Of a stretch of 64,000 nt of DNA, positions 49,032 through 57,936 are shown piece by piece. Where the stretch lies: the IMG/VR virus record IMGVR_UViG_3300025425_001694; one strand, given 5' to 3'. This DNA is from a virus. The notes below the pieces were generated by a model. That model was given only the letters and a program-made list of their open reading frames with translations. It made no database searches and had not been told where the DNA came from. Position 1 is the first letter of the stretch. Each line of letters begins with the position of its first letter. Both the position numbers and the translations under genes were made by a program.

Positions 49032-50042
49032 TTATACCTGTTGACCGGCCGCGGCGTAAACAGCATTAGTTAAATTACCAACATCTGTTGCATTAGCATC
49101 AGCAGCAAAAGGAAACTTTTCAATCGTGTTAATAGCTGCCCCAGGTGGCTGATATCCCCCAGAAGTATAACCAGAAGCTGTGCTTGACGTGCCTGTTACT
49201 CTGCGCGAAAATAACGTTGTTAAATCACCAACATCAGTCGCATTTCCATCAGATGCAAAAGGAAATTTATCAATTGTGTTAACACTTACAACCCCAGGAC
49301 CAATATTACCCCCAGAAGTATAACCTGAAGTTGCACTATTCTGTCCTGCAGCTTGCTTACGACTTTGCGTTAGATCCCCAACATCACTCACGTTTGCATC
49401 TGTAGAAAATGGAAACTTTTCAATAATATCAGTGTTTACTGAAGGGTCAGAAGGTAAACCGCCTGAAATATAGCCTGACACAACACTTGAGTGACCAGCT
49501 GGTGACGACCTACCTTGCGTTAAATCGCCAACATCTGTTGCGTTTGTGTCAGCTGCAAAAGGAAACTTGTCGATTACTAAGGAAGACGGTGGAAATACAA
49601 AACCACCTGATGTATACCCAGATACAGTACTTGACTGACCCGACGCACTGTTCCTTACCTGTGTTAGATCACCAACATCTGTTGCATTTCCGTCAGCTGC
49701 AAAAGGAAACTTGTCGATTTTATTAACACGAGTAGGGGACCCCGGTGTAGTACCACCAGAAGTATAACCGTTTTCTGTACTTGATTGCCCAGCAACAAAT
49801 GCTCTGTTATCAGGTCCGGACAAAAACCCAGATTGAGTTGCGTCAGCATCAGATGCAAAAGAAAACTTGTTAATTCTGTTAGTATGTGGCGGATTTATAC
49901 CACCAGACGAATAACCACTTACAGTACCCTGCGCATGGCTATCCGCAAATCCTAAATAGTCATTAACTACAATTTTAGTTTTATTTGCTGTGATAGACGC
50001 GTTATCACTTATAACCTCAACATCTTTTACAAACCATGCCAT
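49032..50042 (-). CDS. six-repeat propeller protein, paralog D
   Basis: six repeat units. Confidence 0.75.
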   Translation of the reverse strand: MAWFVKDVEVISDNASITANKTKIVVNDYLGFADSHAQGTVSGYSSGGINPPHTNRINKFSFASDADATQSGFLSGPDNRAFVAGQSSTENGYTSGGTTPGSPTRVNKIDKFPFAADGNATDVGDLTQVRNSASGQSSTVSGYTSGGFVFPPSSLVIDKFPFAADTNATDVGDLTQGRSSPAGHSSVVSGYISGGLPSDPSVNTDIIEKFPFSTDANVSDVGDLTQSRKQAAGQNSATSGYTSGGNIGPGVVSVNTIDKFPFASDGNATDVGDLTTLFSRRVTGTSSTASGYTSGGYQPPGAAINTIEKFPFAADANATDVGNLTNAVYAAAGQQV

Positions 50043-51034
50043 TATGCTTGTTGACCTGCTTGGCGAAGTCTTCCTACTGTTAAATCACCAACATCAGTTG
50101 CATTAGCATCAGAAGCAAAGGGAAACTTTTGAATTGTATTAGAAACCGGGCCACCAGACACATAGCCAGACGCTGTGCTAGATTGTCCTTCGTAATATGA
50201 ACCTACTTGCAACAGGTCGCCGACATCAGTAGCATTTCCATCAGATGCAAAAGGAAATTTATCGATTACATTGGTTGTGCCCGGGGATTGGCCGCCGGAA
50301 GCATAACCAGATTCTGTGCTACTTTGGCCTGCGCCGTCAAACCTTCCTACTGTTAAATCGCCAACATCAGTTGCATTACCATCAGTAGCAAAAGAAAACT
50401 TGTTAATAACATTTGAAGCAGGAGTGTTCCCGCCTGACACATAACCAGAAACTAGGCTTGATTGCCCCGTAACCAACGTGACGGTATTTGTTAAATCACC
50501 AACATCTGTTGTATTACCATCAGTAGCAAAAGGAAACTTGTGAATTTCAGCAACGGTCGGTTGGCCCGCGATTTGAGGGGCGGTGGCGCCGGAAGTATAA
50601 CCATTCGTGCCGCTTGATTGACCAGCTCCTTGCCATCCTGTGGCCGCTATACCAACATCAGTTGCATTACCATCAGATGCAAAAGAAAATTTCATGATAG
50701 TGCCTATGTTATAGGCAGGGGCATTTGTTCTTCCCCCAACAACATACCCGGCCGTAGAGCTAGATACTCCAACTCCGTTGCTATAGGGTAATGTCAAATC
50801 ACCAACGTCAGTTGCATTTCCGTCAGATGCAAAAGGAAACTTGTCAATTACAGTGGAGTACGCCGGTTCTTCACCGCCTGAAGTATAGCCACTTACAGTA
50901 CCTCCAAATTGCCAACGCTCTTCATATTCTGTAGCCAATATGTTGCCGTCAAACTCAAAACCTTCATCAGTAAAGGTTAACGTATAGTCACCAAAATTTA
51001 TGGTACCGTCTTGGTTAAATTTAATTTGGGACAT
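50042..51034 (-). CDS. six-repeat propeller protein, paralog E
   Basis: six repeat units; TAATG coupling to paralog D. Confidence 0.75.
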   Translation of the reverse strand: MSQIKFNQDGTINFGDYTLTFTDEGFEFDGNILATEYEERWQFGGTVSGYTSGGEEPAYSTVIDKFPFASDGNATDVGDLTLPYSNGVGVSSSTAGYVVGGRTNAPAYNIGTIMKFSFASDGNATDVGIAATGWQGAGQSSGTNGYTSGATAPQIAGQPTVAEIHKFPFATDGNTTDVGDLTNTVTLVTGQSSLVSGYVSGGNTPASNVINKFSFATDGNATDVGDLTVGRFDGAGQSSTESGYASGGQSPGTTNVIDKFPFASDGNATDVGDLLQVGSYYEGQSSTASGYVSGGPVSNTIQKFPFASDANATDVGDLTVGRLRQAGQQA

Positions 51035-51050
51035 GTACTACTTCTTTCTA

Positions 51051-51179
51051 TTAAACGTCTTCAACGAGCTCTTTTAAAATTTCAAACGCATCATTATCTT
51101 CCATTTGAAATTTTCTTAATACTTCAATTAATTCATTTTCATCAAGTTCTTCAATCTTTTTTGCTAACATAATTTCCAT
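51051..51179 (-). CDS. small acidic hypothetical protein (42 aa, not in ORF track)
   Basis: MEIMLAKKIEELDENELIEVLRKFQMEDNDAFEILKELVEDV*, fills the gap in the operon. Confidence 0.5.
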   Translation of the reverse strand: MEIMLAKKIEELDENELIEVLRKFQMEDNDAFEILKELVEDV

Positions 51180-51185
51180 ATTGTA

Positions 51186-51521
51186 TTAACTTCCGTTTTT
51201 AGTTACAAAATCGTCGTACCAAGCTTCAGTCATTGTTGTTACTTCGGCATCAGTCATATCTGTTGGATCTGCACCAGGATCAGATTCATCCATATTCTGA
51301 AACGGAGTTACTCCATGCATTGCGAGGTTGCGAGTAACCAATTCTGCTTTTGTAAAGGACGTAACCGAGTCGGGAACGTAATAATCGCGAGTATCATCTA
51401 CCCAGCCGATATATGTATTGTCTGCGCTATTAAACCAGTGGCCGCGATCGCCGACCCAACCTGGTATTTCAGCGCGATTACCACCATTAATTCTATGAAG
51501 CATATATTCTATTACAGCCAT
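51186..51521 (-). CDS. hypothetical protein
   Basis: 111 aa; GGAGG SD; late promoter at 51567. Confidence 0.7.
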   Translation of the reverse strand: MAVIEYMLHRINGGNRAEIPGWVGDRGHWFNSADNTYIGWVDDTRDYYVPDSVTSFTKAELVTRNLAMHGVTPFQNMDESDPGADPTDMTDAEVTTMTEAWYDDFVTKNGS

Positions 51522-51575
51522 TTTATTTCCTCCGGGTGTTATAGTTTAAATAAAGGTTTCTCAGTGTATTTATAA

Positions 51576-52346
51576 TTACAATGATCTTATATTCTTCCTT
51601 GGGTAAGGAAAAATATCTATTGGTGTTAAAGTAATACAACATGTGCTATTTTGATTGCGTTCTTTATTTTCTACCATGTGGTCTACTTTAAATTCTGTAT
51701 TTTCAATTTTATATTTTAGTTTTTCTATATCGTATTCTTTTTGTAGGCCTTTACTGTTTTCTAATGCATCATAAAATATTTTTGGCATTTTTCCATTATT
51801 TAATACATCAATTATACGATTAATTGCCATGTAAGATGGATAATGAGTACTTGCGCTATCGATATATATTTTAGCATGGTCATTCATTTTTGGAATATAA
51901 TCAACTAATAACTTTGTTACATCAAAAACACCATGCGCAAAATCAGAAAAAAGTATATCAATATTATTTAAATCTAAAACATCAATTTTTTGATTTAAAA
52001 ACTTAATACTATCCTTAAGTTGAAAGTCTTCAATTAAACCTAAAATAAAATCGTCATATTCTTCTTTATAGTAATTACCCATCGCATCTTTTGCAGTTTT
52101 AAGACGGTGCCATTCGCTACCGTCATCAATAGTATGTATAGTACCATAATCGTTTTCTTGAAGAGCTAACCCAGCCCAAAGCATTGCTGAACCAAGACCA
52201 GTTCCAAGTTCAACAACAGTTTTTGGTTTCATCATTTTAATCATAGAATAAAGGTACACTGAAAAGTCTTCTGTTCCGTATATAGAACCAACTCCGTCAG
52301 TGTACCTTTTTAACTCTACGAATTTTTCATAGAAATCAGTCTTCAT
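51576..52346 (-). CDS. class I SAM-dependent O-methyltransferase-like protein
   Basis: KP.TVVELGTGLG, G.I.TID, IDILFSD..H; start taken at MKTDF. Confidence 0.75.
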   Translation of the reverse strand: MKTDFYEKFVELKRYTDGVGSIYGTEDFSVYLYSMIKMMKPKTVVELGTGLGSAMLWAGLALQENDYGTIHTIDDGSEWHRLKTAKDAMGNYYKEEYDDFILGLIEDFQLKDSIKFLNQKIDVLDLNNIDILFSDFAHGVFDVTKLLVDYIPKMNDHAKIYIDSASTHYPSYMAINRIIDVLNNGKMPKIFYDALENSKGLQKEYDIEKLKYKIENTEFKVDHMVENKERNQNSTCCITLTPIDIFPYPRKNIRSL

Positions 52347-53283
52347 CTGTCTCTTCTGTAAGGTCAGCAAGAGATGCAACTTTGTTTGAAAAGGAAATTG
52401 CTTCGTTTGGTTCTGGGTCGTATCCTAGAAGTTCCATTCGAGTAATGTCAACCTTATGCTTATTAATCAATTCATTTGCTAAACCATCAACAAACTCAAA
52501 TAATCCTTCGCTACCCCAAGAGTTTTGTTCAACTTCTTTCTTTACATATTCTTGAATGATACGTTGCATTTTACTCGGGTTTACACCAATCTGTTCCATA
52601 TACTCTTGTTCACCCTTTGTAATTTTACCAGATTGGCGAACGTCACGAATACATTGAACAATACTTCTTTTAAGATGTGTAATTGATTCTTCTTTTTCAA
52701 TATCATGCTCAGAGAAACCACTTACCTTTTCTTTAAGATCTTCGTAGATTTCTTGAAGGGCAAGAACATCTTTCATCGCACCTTCGATATATGTCATACC
52801 GTCAACAGCACCTTCTTGAAGCTGAGCAAGTTTAATCTTAAGATCAACTTCTCTCCAATAATCAAGATCTACAGCATTTTGCAGTTCTTCTTGAAGTTTA
52901 CGAATTTTTGCTTCATTTTTAATATGACGCCACTTTGCCTCGGTAAGAGCAGAATTCTTTTTTGATAACTCAGCAGAAATTTGGCGCATATTCTTATGTG
53001 GACTGTGGTAACTAAAGTTAATATGTTTCCACATCCATTGCGAGTGACTGTGGTTCCAAATATTACCTAATTCGCCAACATTCTTTAGAGCAGCGTCAAC
53101 GAGCTGAGAATTTTCGTTGAGCGTCTTGTTCCCAAAACTAGGGAGATTACCTGTAGTACCGTGGCCAAAAACCATAGCCATCGGAACCTTTAACTTTTCG
53201 GCATTTTCAGTCGTTACGATATTGCTTTTACGTATTTCTTCAAATACAGTAAGTTCACGTACGTTTTTCTTTTCTTCTTCCAT
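52336..53283 (-). CDS. coiled-coil hypothetical protein
   Basis: SP..NMRQI.AE..K...AL.EA, G.I..G..EY..Q.G.NP; helical; start taken at MEEEKK. Confidence 0.65.
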   Translation of the reverse strand: MEEEKKNVRELTVFEEIRKSNIVTTENAEKLKVPMAMVFGHGTTGNLPSFGNKTLNENSQLVDAALKNVGELGNIWNHSHSQWMWKHINFSYHSPHKNMRQISAELSKKNSALTEAKWRHIKNEAKIRKLQEELQNAVDLDYWREVDLKIKLAQLQEGAVDGMTYIEGAMKDVLALQEIYEDLKEKVSGFSEHDIEKEESITHLKRSIVQCIRDVRQSGKITKGEQEYMEQIGVNPSKMQRIIQEYVKKEVEQNSWGSEGLFEFVDGLANELINKHKVDITRMELLGYDPEPNEAISFSNKVASLADLTEETDED

Positions 53284-53284
53284 G

Positions 53285-54619
53285 TTATTTAAATCTCCTT
53301 GGTCCATGTATCCAAATTACGAGTGCATAGCGATCTCCGGTTTCAATTGGAGTAACTACATGTGGCATATAGCTCGGGAATAGGGAAATAGATCCTCTTT
53401 CACGAACTGCTTGTATTTTATTTCCGTGGTCATCAACAACTAAATCACAACCTGTATAGCTGTCTGGGTTGGATAATTGAGCCGTGAATGATATTTTTCT
53501 TGTTGCTACTGTACCGTTTCCAGCATCAACGTGCCAATCATAGTGTCCTGGGACTTCTGAATCGGATGGATAATGAATTAACTGTAGTGAATGTTCAATA
53601 TGTGATATGTCATAGTCAAAGTGTATTGCGTTTACAGCAGTTATAGACTTTGCTACTTTATCAAAAATCCATTTATTCTCTTTATCATTTTCAACTGAGT
53701 ATATTTCAGCTGATCTTATTTTACGAGAAACTGTGCCTTTACTATCGCCACCTACGCTCGCAGATGCTGCGTACGAATCGTTTGCGATCTGAATAATACG
53801 ATCACATTCTTCATCTGTAAACTTTAACTGCGGTAATGTTTTATTATTGATTGGAAAATACCCAGGCAAAGTATTATCCCGGCCAGGTAAAATTATCCCG
53901 CCAAACACCGGATCCGGAATAAGCATATCTTTTTTCTTTTCAAGAATTTCTTGAATAGGTACCTGATTATGTTGATGAACGATCGTAGTCGTCTGTTCTT
54001 GCTGGGCGGGTTGTTGAACTTCATTTGTGTTTGTCATAGTAGCTGCTGTTTTATCAACTCCCAATTCTGTTCTTCCATCCATAGCTTGATCTGCGTGTGG
54101 ACCATCTGCATCAACAAAATGCAAGAATACTTGACAATGCCAATTACCTTTAAACGGCTTTCTCCAGTGTACCATTTCAGTACCTTTGTAGGCTGCCATT
54201 TCTCCTGGTTCCATTGTTACTGCTTTTTCTACAGTACCATCGTCGTTTGAAAAATAGATTGGCCAGTTTGCCTTTGCATCATAACCTAATGTTAATGTTG
54301 TACTAATCTCACACGCTGGGCGATCCTTATGTTTTTTGAGTACGTCTCCCGGGCGATAAATGCGAGCATAGGAGTATGTAGGAAGTAGTCTTTTTCCGAC
54401 TGCCTTTCCAAGAGGTTCTGCGACGTTCTGAAGCAGTGCGTCAAATTTAAGATCGCCATACACTGCATCTGATAGTGGGCACTGGTCGTCCTTCACTAAC
54501 TTACCAGCGTCATGCAGATCAAACATGTGCTTTACTAAACCATCAGATTGTTCTTTTGATAAAACATCCTGTAGTACTACGTATCCATTTTCTTCAAAAT
54601 AATTTACTGTGTCGGTCAT
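53285..54619 (-). CDS. tandem two-domain 2OG-Fe(II) oxygenase
   Basis: domain 1: YSYARIY..G..L..HKDR..CEIS, HWR; domain 2: YDWHVD, RKIS...QLS....Y.G.DL, FPSY.PH.VTP...G.RY.LV.W..G. Confidence 0.85.
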   Translation of the reverse strand: MTDTVNYFEENGYVVLQDVLSKEQSDGLVKHMFDLHDAGKLVKDDQCPLSDAVYGDLKFDALLQNVAEPLGKAVGKRLLPTYSYARIYRPGDVLKKHKDRPACEISTTLTLGYDAKANWPIYFSNDDGTVEKAVTMEPGEMAAYKGTEMVHWRKPFKGNWHCQVFLHFVDADGPHADQAMDGRTELGVDKTAATMTNTNEVQQPAQQEQTTTIVHQHNQVPIQEILEKKKDMLIPDPVFGGIILPGRDNTLPGYFPINNKTLPQLKFTDEECDRIIQIANDSYAASASVGGDSKGTVSRKIRSAEIYSVENDKENKWIFDKVAKSITAVNAIHFDYDISHIEHSLQLIHYPSDSEVPGHYDWHVDAGNGTVATRKISFTAQLSNPDSYTGCDLVVDDHGNKIQAVRERGSISLFPSYMPHVVTPIETGDRYALVIWIHGPRRFK

Positions 54620-54625
54620 AATATA

Positions 54626-55198
54626 TTATTCTCCATTCGTATATTGAAATTTGCAAGTCACAACGTATCTTTTATCCTGAGCCGAAGCAAATGGTGGTGA
54701 ACCACAGTGCGGAATACCTCCATCAAAAACAACCAATCTACCAGGAACGTAAGCGGCAGCATATTCGATGTTATCAAGAGTTTCATTGAAAAAGAAGGTA
54801 TGTCCTCCCCAATGAATATTCCAATCCGGATGCGGATAATAGAGAGCAGTCTTTGGCTTTCCTAAGTGATTATCGTCGATGTGTATCGTATCAAAATCAC
54901 TTGTGGTAGCAAGGTTTACATATTGACGGTGTACTATGTAATTATCGCCCAAGTTTGGATCTACTCTATTGAGTTTATTTATAATACCAAAATTAATTGA
55001 TTGCTCACGCGACTCAAAAACATATTTTAATTTGTGCTTTTCACCATATATATGCGAACGCAACCCGTCACTAAAATTTGTAGCTGAGTAAGGAAATTGG
55101 CGAACAGCAATAAACATTCGCGACATTTCTTCAAAAGTAAAAAGATCATCGTATACGTCAACTTTTCGGCCGTTAATATTAATTTCTTTATGTTTCAT
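54626..55198 (-). CDS. 2OG-Fe(II) oxygenase (prolyl-hydroxylase-like)
   Basis: IHID, LYY...W...WGG.T.F, PGRLVVFDG.IPH, RY. Confidence 0.82.
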   Translation of the reverse strand: MKHKEININGRKVDVYDDLFTFEEMSRMFIAVRQFPYSATNFSDGLRSHIYGEKHKLKYVFESREQSINFGIINKLNRVDPNLGDNYIVHRQYVNLATTSDFDTIHIDDNHLGKPKTALYYPHPDWNIHWGGHTFFFNETLDNIEYAAAYVPGRLVVFDGGIPHCGSPPFASAQDKRYVVTCKFQYTNGE

Positions 55199-55755
55199 GA
55201 TATACCTATATTAAAGCTAATGCTTACTCTATTTTCTTCTGATGTGTTTGGTTCTACGTAATGTTCTAACCAACCCGGGAAAACAATACATGCAAGATGT
55301 TGAGGATCTATTGGATAATTTTTAGAGCGAATAGTGTGAGTATCGCTACGGATATTTGGATTTACAAATATTAATCTGCCACTGCTTTTTGGCACTTGTA
55401 AATAAAAAACTCCAGATAGACAACCTTCATGAGTATGTTGATAATTAAAAGAATGTTTACCATTTACATTCGCCCACATACTTTGTACTACAGGATTTTC
55501 TATCCCGTAGTCTTTTAGAATTGTTTGTCCAATTGATTTAATAAGAGTATTATTTACAAACTCTTTAAAAAGCGGTTCTTCGTGAAGATTATCCCGAGAC
55601 TGCCATCCGCCTCCTGCATTGCTTTTATTTGCAGAAGGTTCAGCAGAATGCAATTCAAGTATTTTTTCAAGATAATCTTCAGCCTGATATTTTTCACTAC
55701 TTAAAACATAACCCCAAATAGGAGTTGGAAATATATTTACTTCGTGGTCGTTCAT
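55195..55755 (-). CDS. 2OG-Fe(II) oxygenase (TIGR02466-like)
   Basis: FPTP, GGWQS, WAN.N.....N..H.H....SGV.Y, FP.WL.H.V.PN.....R.SISFN. Confidence 0.85.
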   Translation of the reverse strand: MNDHEVNIFPTPIWGYVLSSEKYQAEDYLEKILELHSAEPSANKSNAGGGWQSRDNLHEEPLFKEFVNNTLIKSIGQTILKDYGIENPVVQSMWANVNGKHSFNYQHTHEGCLSGVFYLQVPKSSGRLIFVNPNIRSDTHTIRSKNYPIDPQHLACIVFPGWLEHYVEPNTSEENRVSISFNIGIS

Positions 55756-55848
55756 AATTTACTCCATAATATAACATTGTATTGTTATTTATACAAACCC
55801 GGCCACTAATTTAAATGCTACAGTTTAATATTCTTGTGTTTTACATTT

Positions 55849-56820
55849 TTAGTATTGATGGCCGCTAAGGCCGTAGCGAGTACTTGTCAAATCGCCAACA
55901 TCTGTCGCGTTACCATTTGAAGAAAAAGGAAACTTATCAATCTCGTTTCGATTGGGAGGAACTTGGCCACCGGAAGTATAACCATGGGTTAAACCTGATG
56001 AACCGGCACTTGCCTTGCGGATTACGGTTAAATTGCCAACATCTGTTGCGTTGCCATCAGAAGCAAAAGGAAACTTATCGATTACATTTGATGTCGGAGA
56101 TGCTCCACCTGAAGTATAGCCGTCGTCTGCAGACTGTTGGCCCGCTTGCCAATATCTACCTGCTGTTAAATCACCAACATCGGTTGCATTACCATCAGAC
56201 GCAAAAGGAAACTTATCGATTACATTAGTACTAGTTTGCCCACCTGATGTATAACCTGACACAGCGCTCGACTGACCAACCAGCCTTGGTCTTCCTGCTG
56301 TTAAATCACCAACGTCTGTTGCATCACCATCAGCAGAAAAAGGAAATTTATCGATTACATTCGTCACTGAACCGCCCCCGGAAGTATAGCCAAAGCTAGT
56401 GCCGCTTTGCGCAGCTCCGAGAAGGGCTGTACTGAGCTTTGTTGGAGTTAAGCTTCCTACAGCTGCCCCATCACCGTCGCTAGCAAAGTCAAATTTTTGG
56501 ATTGAGTTTGTAGTTCCTCCACCTACAGTATAACCAGAAGTTGTGCTTGAAAGACCTGCGCCGTAACCAACCCCAGTCGCTAAGTTCGCACTGGTCGTTG
56601 CATTGGCATCAGAAGCAAAAGGAAACTTATCAATAATTTTTATCTGTGCTTGACCGCCTGATGTATAGCCACTCGTAGAACCTTGGGGCACACCTTGCGG
56701 GCCAAGTGGTACAGCATAAGATCCGTACTTAAACTTCCCGTCGATCTCAATACCATCGGCATGAACTGAGATACTATAGGCACCAAAGTTTATCGAGTCT
56801 TTATTAATTGAAATCGGCAT
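55849..56820 (-). CDS. six-repeat propeller protein, paralog F
   Basis: six repeat units. Confidence 0.75.
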   Translation of the reverse strand: MPISINKDSINFGAYSISVHADGIEIDGKFKYGSYAVPLGPQGVPQGSTSGYTSGGQAQIKIIDKFPFASDANATTSANLATGVGYGAGLSSTTSGYTVGGGTTNSIQKFDFASDGDGAAVGSLTPTKLSTALLGAAQSGTSFGYTSGGGSVTNVIDKFPFSADGDATDVGDLTAGRPRLVGQSSAVSGYTSGGQTSTNVIDKFPFASDGNATDVGDLTAGRYWQAGQQSADDGYTSGGASPTSNVIDKFPFASDGNATDVGNLTVIRKASAGSSGLTHGYTSGGQVPPNRNEIDKFPFSSNGNATDVGDLTSTRYGLSGHQY

Positions 56821-56850
56821 TTACAAAATCCTTAGAGTTCTTTAGTCTAT

Positions 56851-57933
56851 TTATACTTGTTGGCCTGCAGATTGGTACCTGCCTTGTGTTAAATCACCAA
56901 CACCTGATGCATTAGCATCTCCCGCAAAAGGAAACTTATCAATTGCTGCGACTAACGGGGGCTGTACGTTGCCGCCTGATGTATAACCGGATGTATCGCT
57001 TGATTGGCCTGCAGCCCCGAACCGTGCTTGTGTTAAATCACCAACATCAGTCGCATTGCCGTCAGCAGCAAAAGGAAACTTATCAATTGTTCCGACTACC
57101 GGGGGAGTTCCGCCTGATGCATAACCAGATACATCGCTTGATTGGCCTGCAGGCCCGTACCGCGCTACTGTTAAATCACCAACATCAGTCGCATTGCCGT
57201 CAGCCGCAAAGGGAAACTTGTCGATAACATTAGTTGTGCTTAAGCCACCCGAAGTATACCCGGATACTGTGCTTGTCTGGCCGGACACTTGATATTTACC
57301 TACTGTTAAATTGCCAACGTCAGTCGCATTTGCGTCAGCAGCAAAAGGAAACTTATCAATTGTATTTGTGCCCCCACTCCCGCCTGATGCATAACCCGAC
57401 ACTGTACTCGATTGACCCGCAACGAACCGTCTTGCTACTGTCAAATCGCCAACGTCTGTTGCATTACCATCAGCTGCAAAAGGAAACTTGTCTATTATGT
57501 TGGATAAAGTTGACGGCCCCTCGAGGCCGCTTGCAGAGTAACCACTCGTAGTACTCGATTGCCCTCCACCTATATTTCCTCTTAATACTGTCAAATCGCC
57601 AACGTCTGTTGCATTGGCATCAGATGCAAAAGGAAATTTATCAATTACATTTGTGGACGGGGTTCCGCCTGAAGTATAACCGCTTACCAAGCCTTGCGCT
57701 TGTGTATATACAGCTGAGATGAACCTAACGACCTGCGCTTCTGCATTAAACTGATTAAAAGAAAAACCATCTTCGTCAATAGCCTTATCTCCAACTACAG
57801 AATAACCATCAGAAGAAACTGTATCGTTATTTGCAATAAGAATATAAGCATCGTTGGCTATCTTGGAATTAGCCGATGCAGTATAATTTCGTGCATCACT
57901 TAAAAATTCTGTTCCACCTGACTTAAGTGCCAT
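56851..57933 (-). CDS. six-repeat propeller protein, paralog G
   Basis: six repeat units. Confidence 0.75.
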   Translation of the reverse strand: MALKSGGTEFLSDARNYTASANSKIANDAYILIANNDTVSSDGYSVVGDKAIDEDGFSFNQFNAEAQVVRFISAVYTQAQGLVSGYTSGGTPSTNVIDKFPFASDANATDVGDLTVLRGNIGGGQSSTTSGYSASGLEGPSTLSNIIDKFPFAADGNATDVGDLTVARRFVAGQSSTVSGYASGGSGGTNTIDKFPFAADANATDVGNLTVGKYQVSGQTSTVSGYTSGGLSTTNVIDKFPFAADGNATDVGDLTVARYGPAGQSSDVSGYASGGTPPVVGTIDKFPFAADGNATDVGDLTQARFGAAGQSSDTSGYTSGGNVQPPLVAAIDKFPFAGDANASGVGDLTQGRYQSAGQQV

Positions 57934-57936
57934 AAC

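Noticed and set aside
31728-57933. CRISPR-like array (conserved ~45-nt blocks alternating with variable segments)
   Set aside because: The blocks are in-frame coding repeats with synonymous third-position variation inside intact ORFs; no leader or cas operon is present
31728-57933. Diversity-generating retroelement (template/variable repeat pairs)
   Set aside because: No reverse transcriptase in the window, and differences between near-identical blocks are not confined to adenines (for example ACAGC versus CGGTA)
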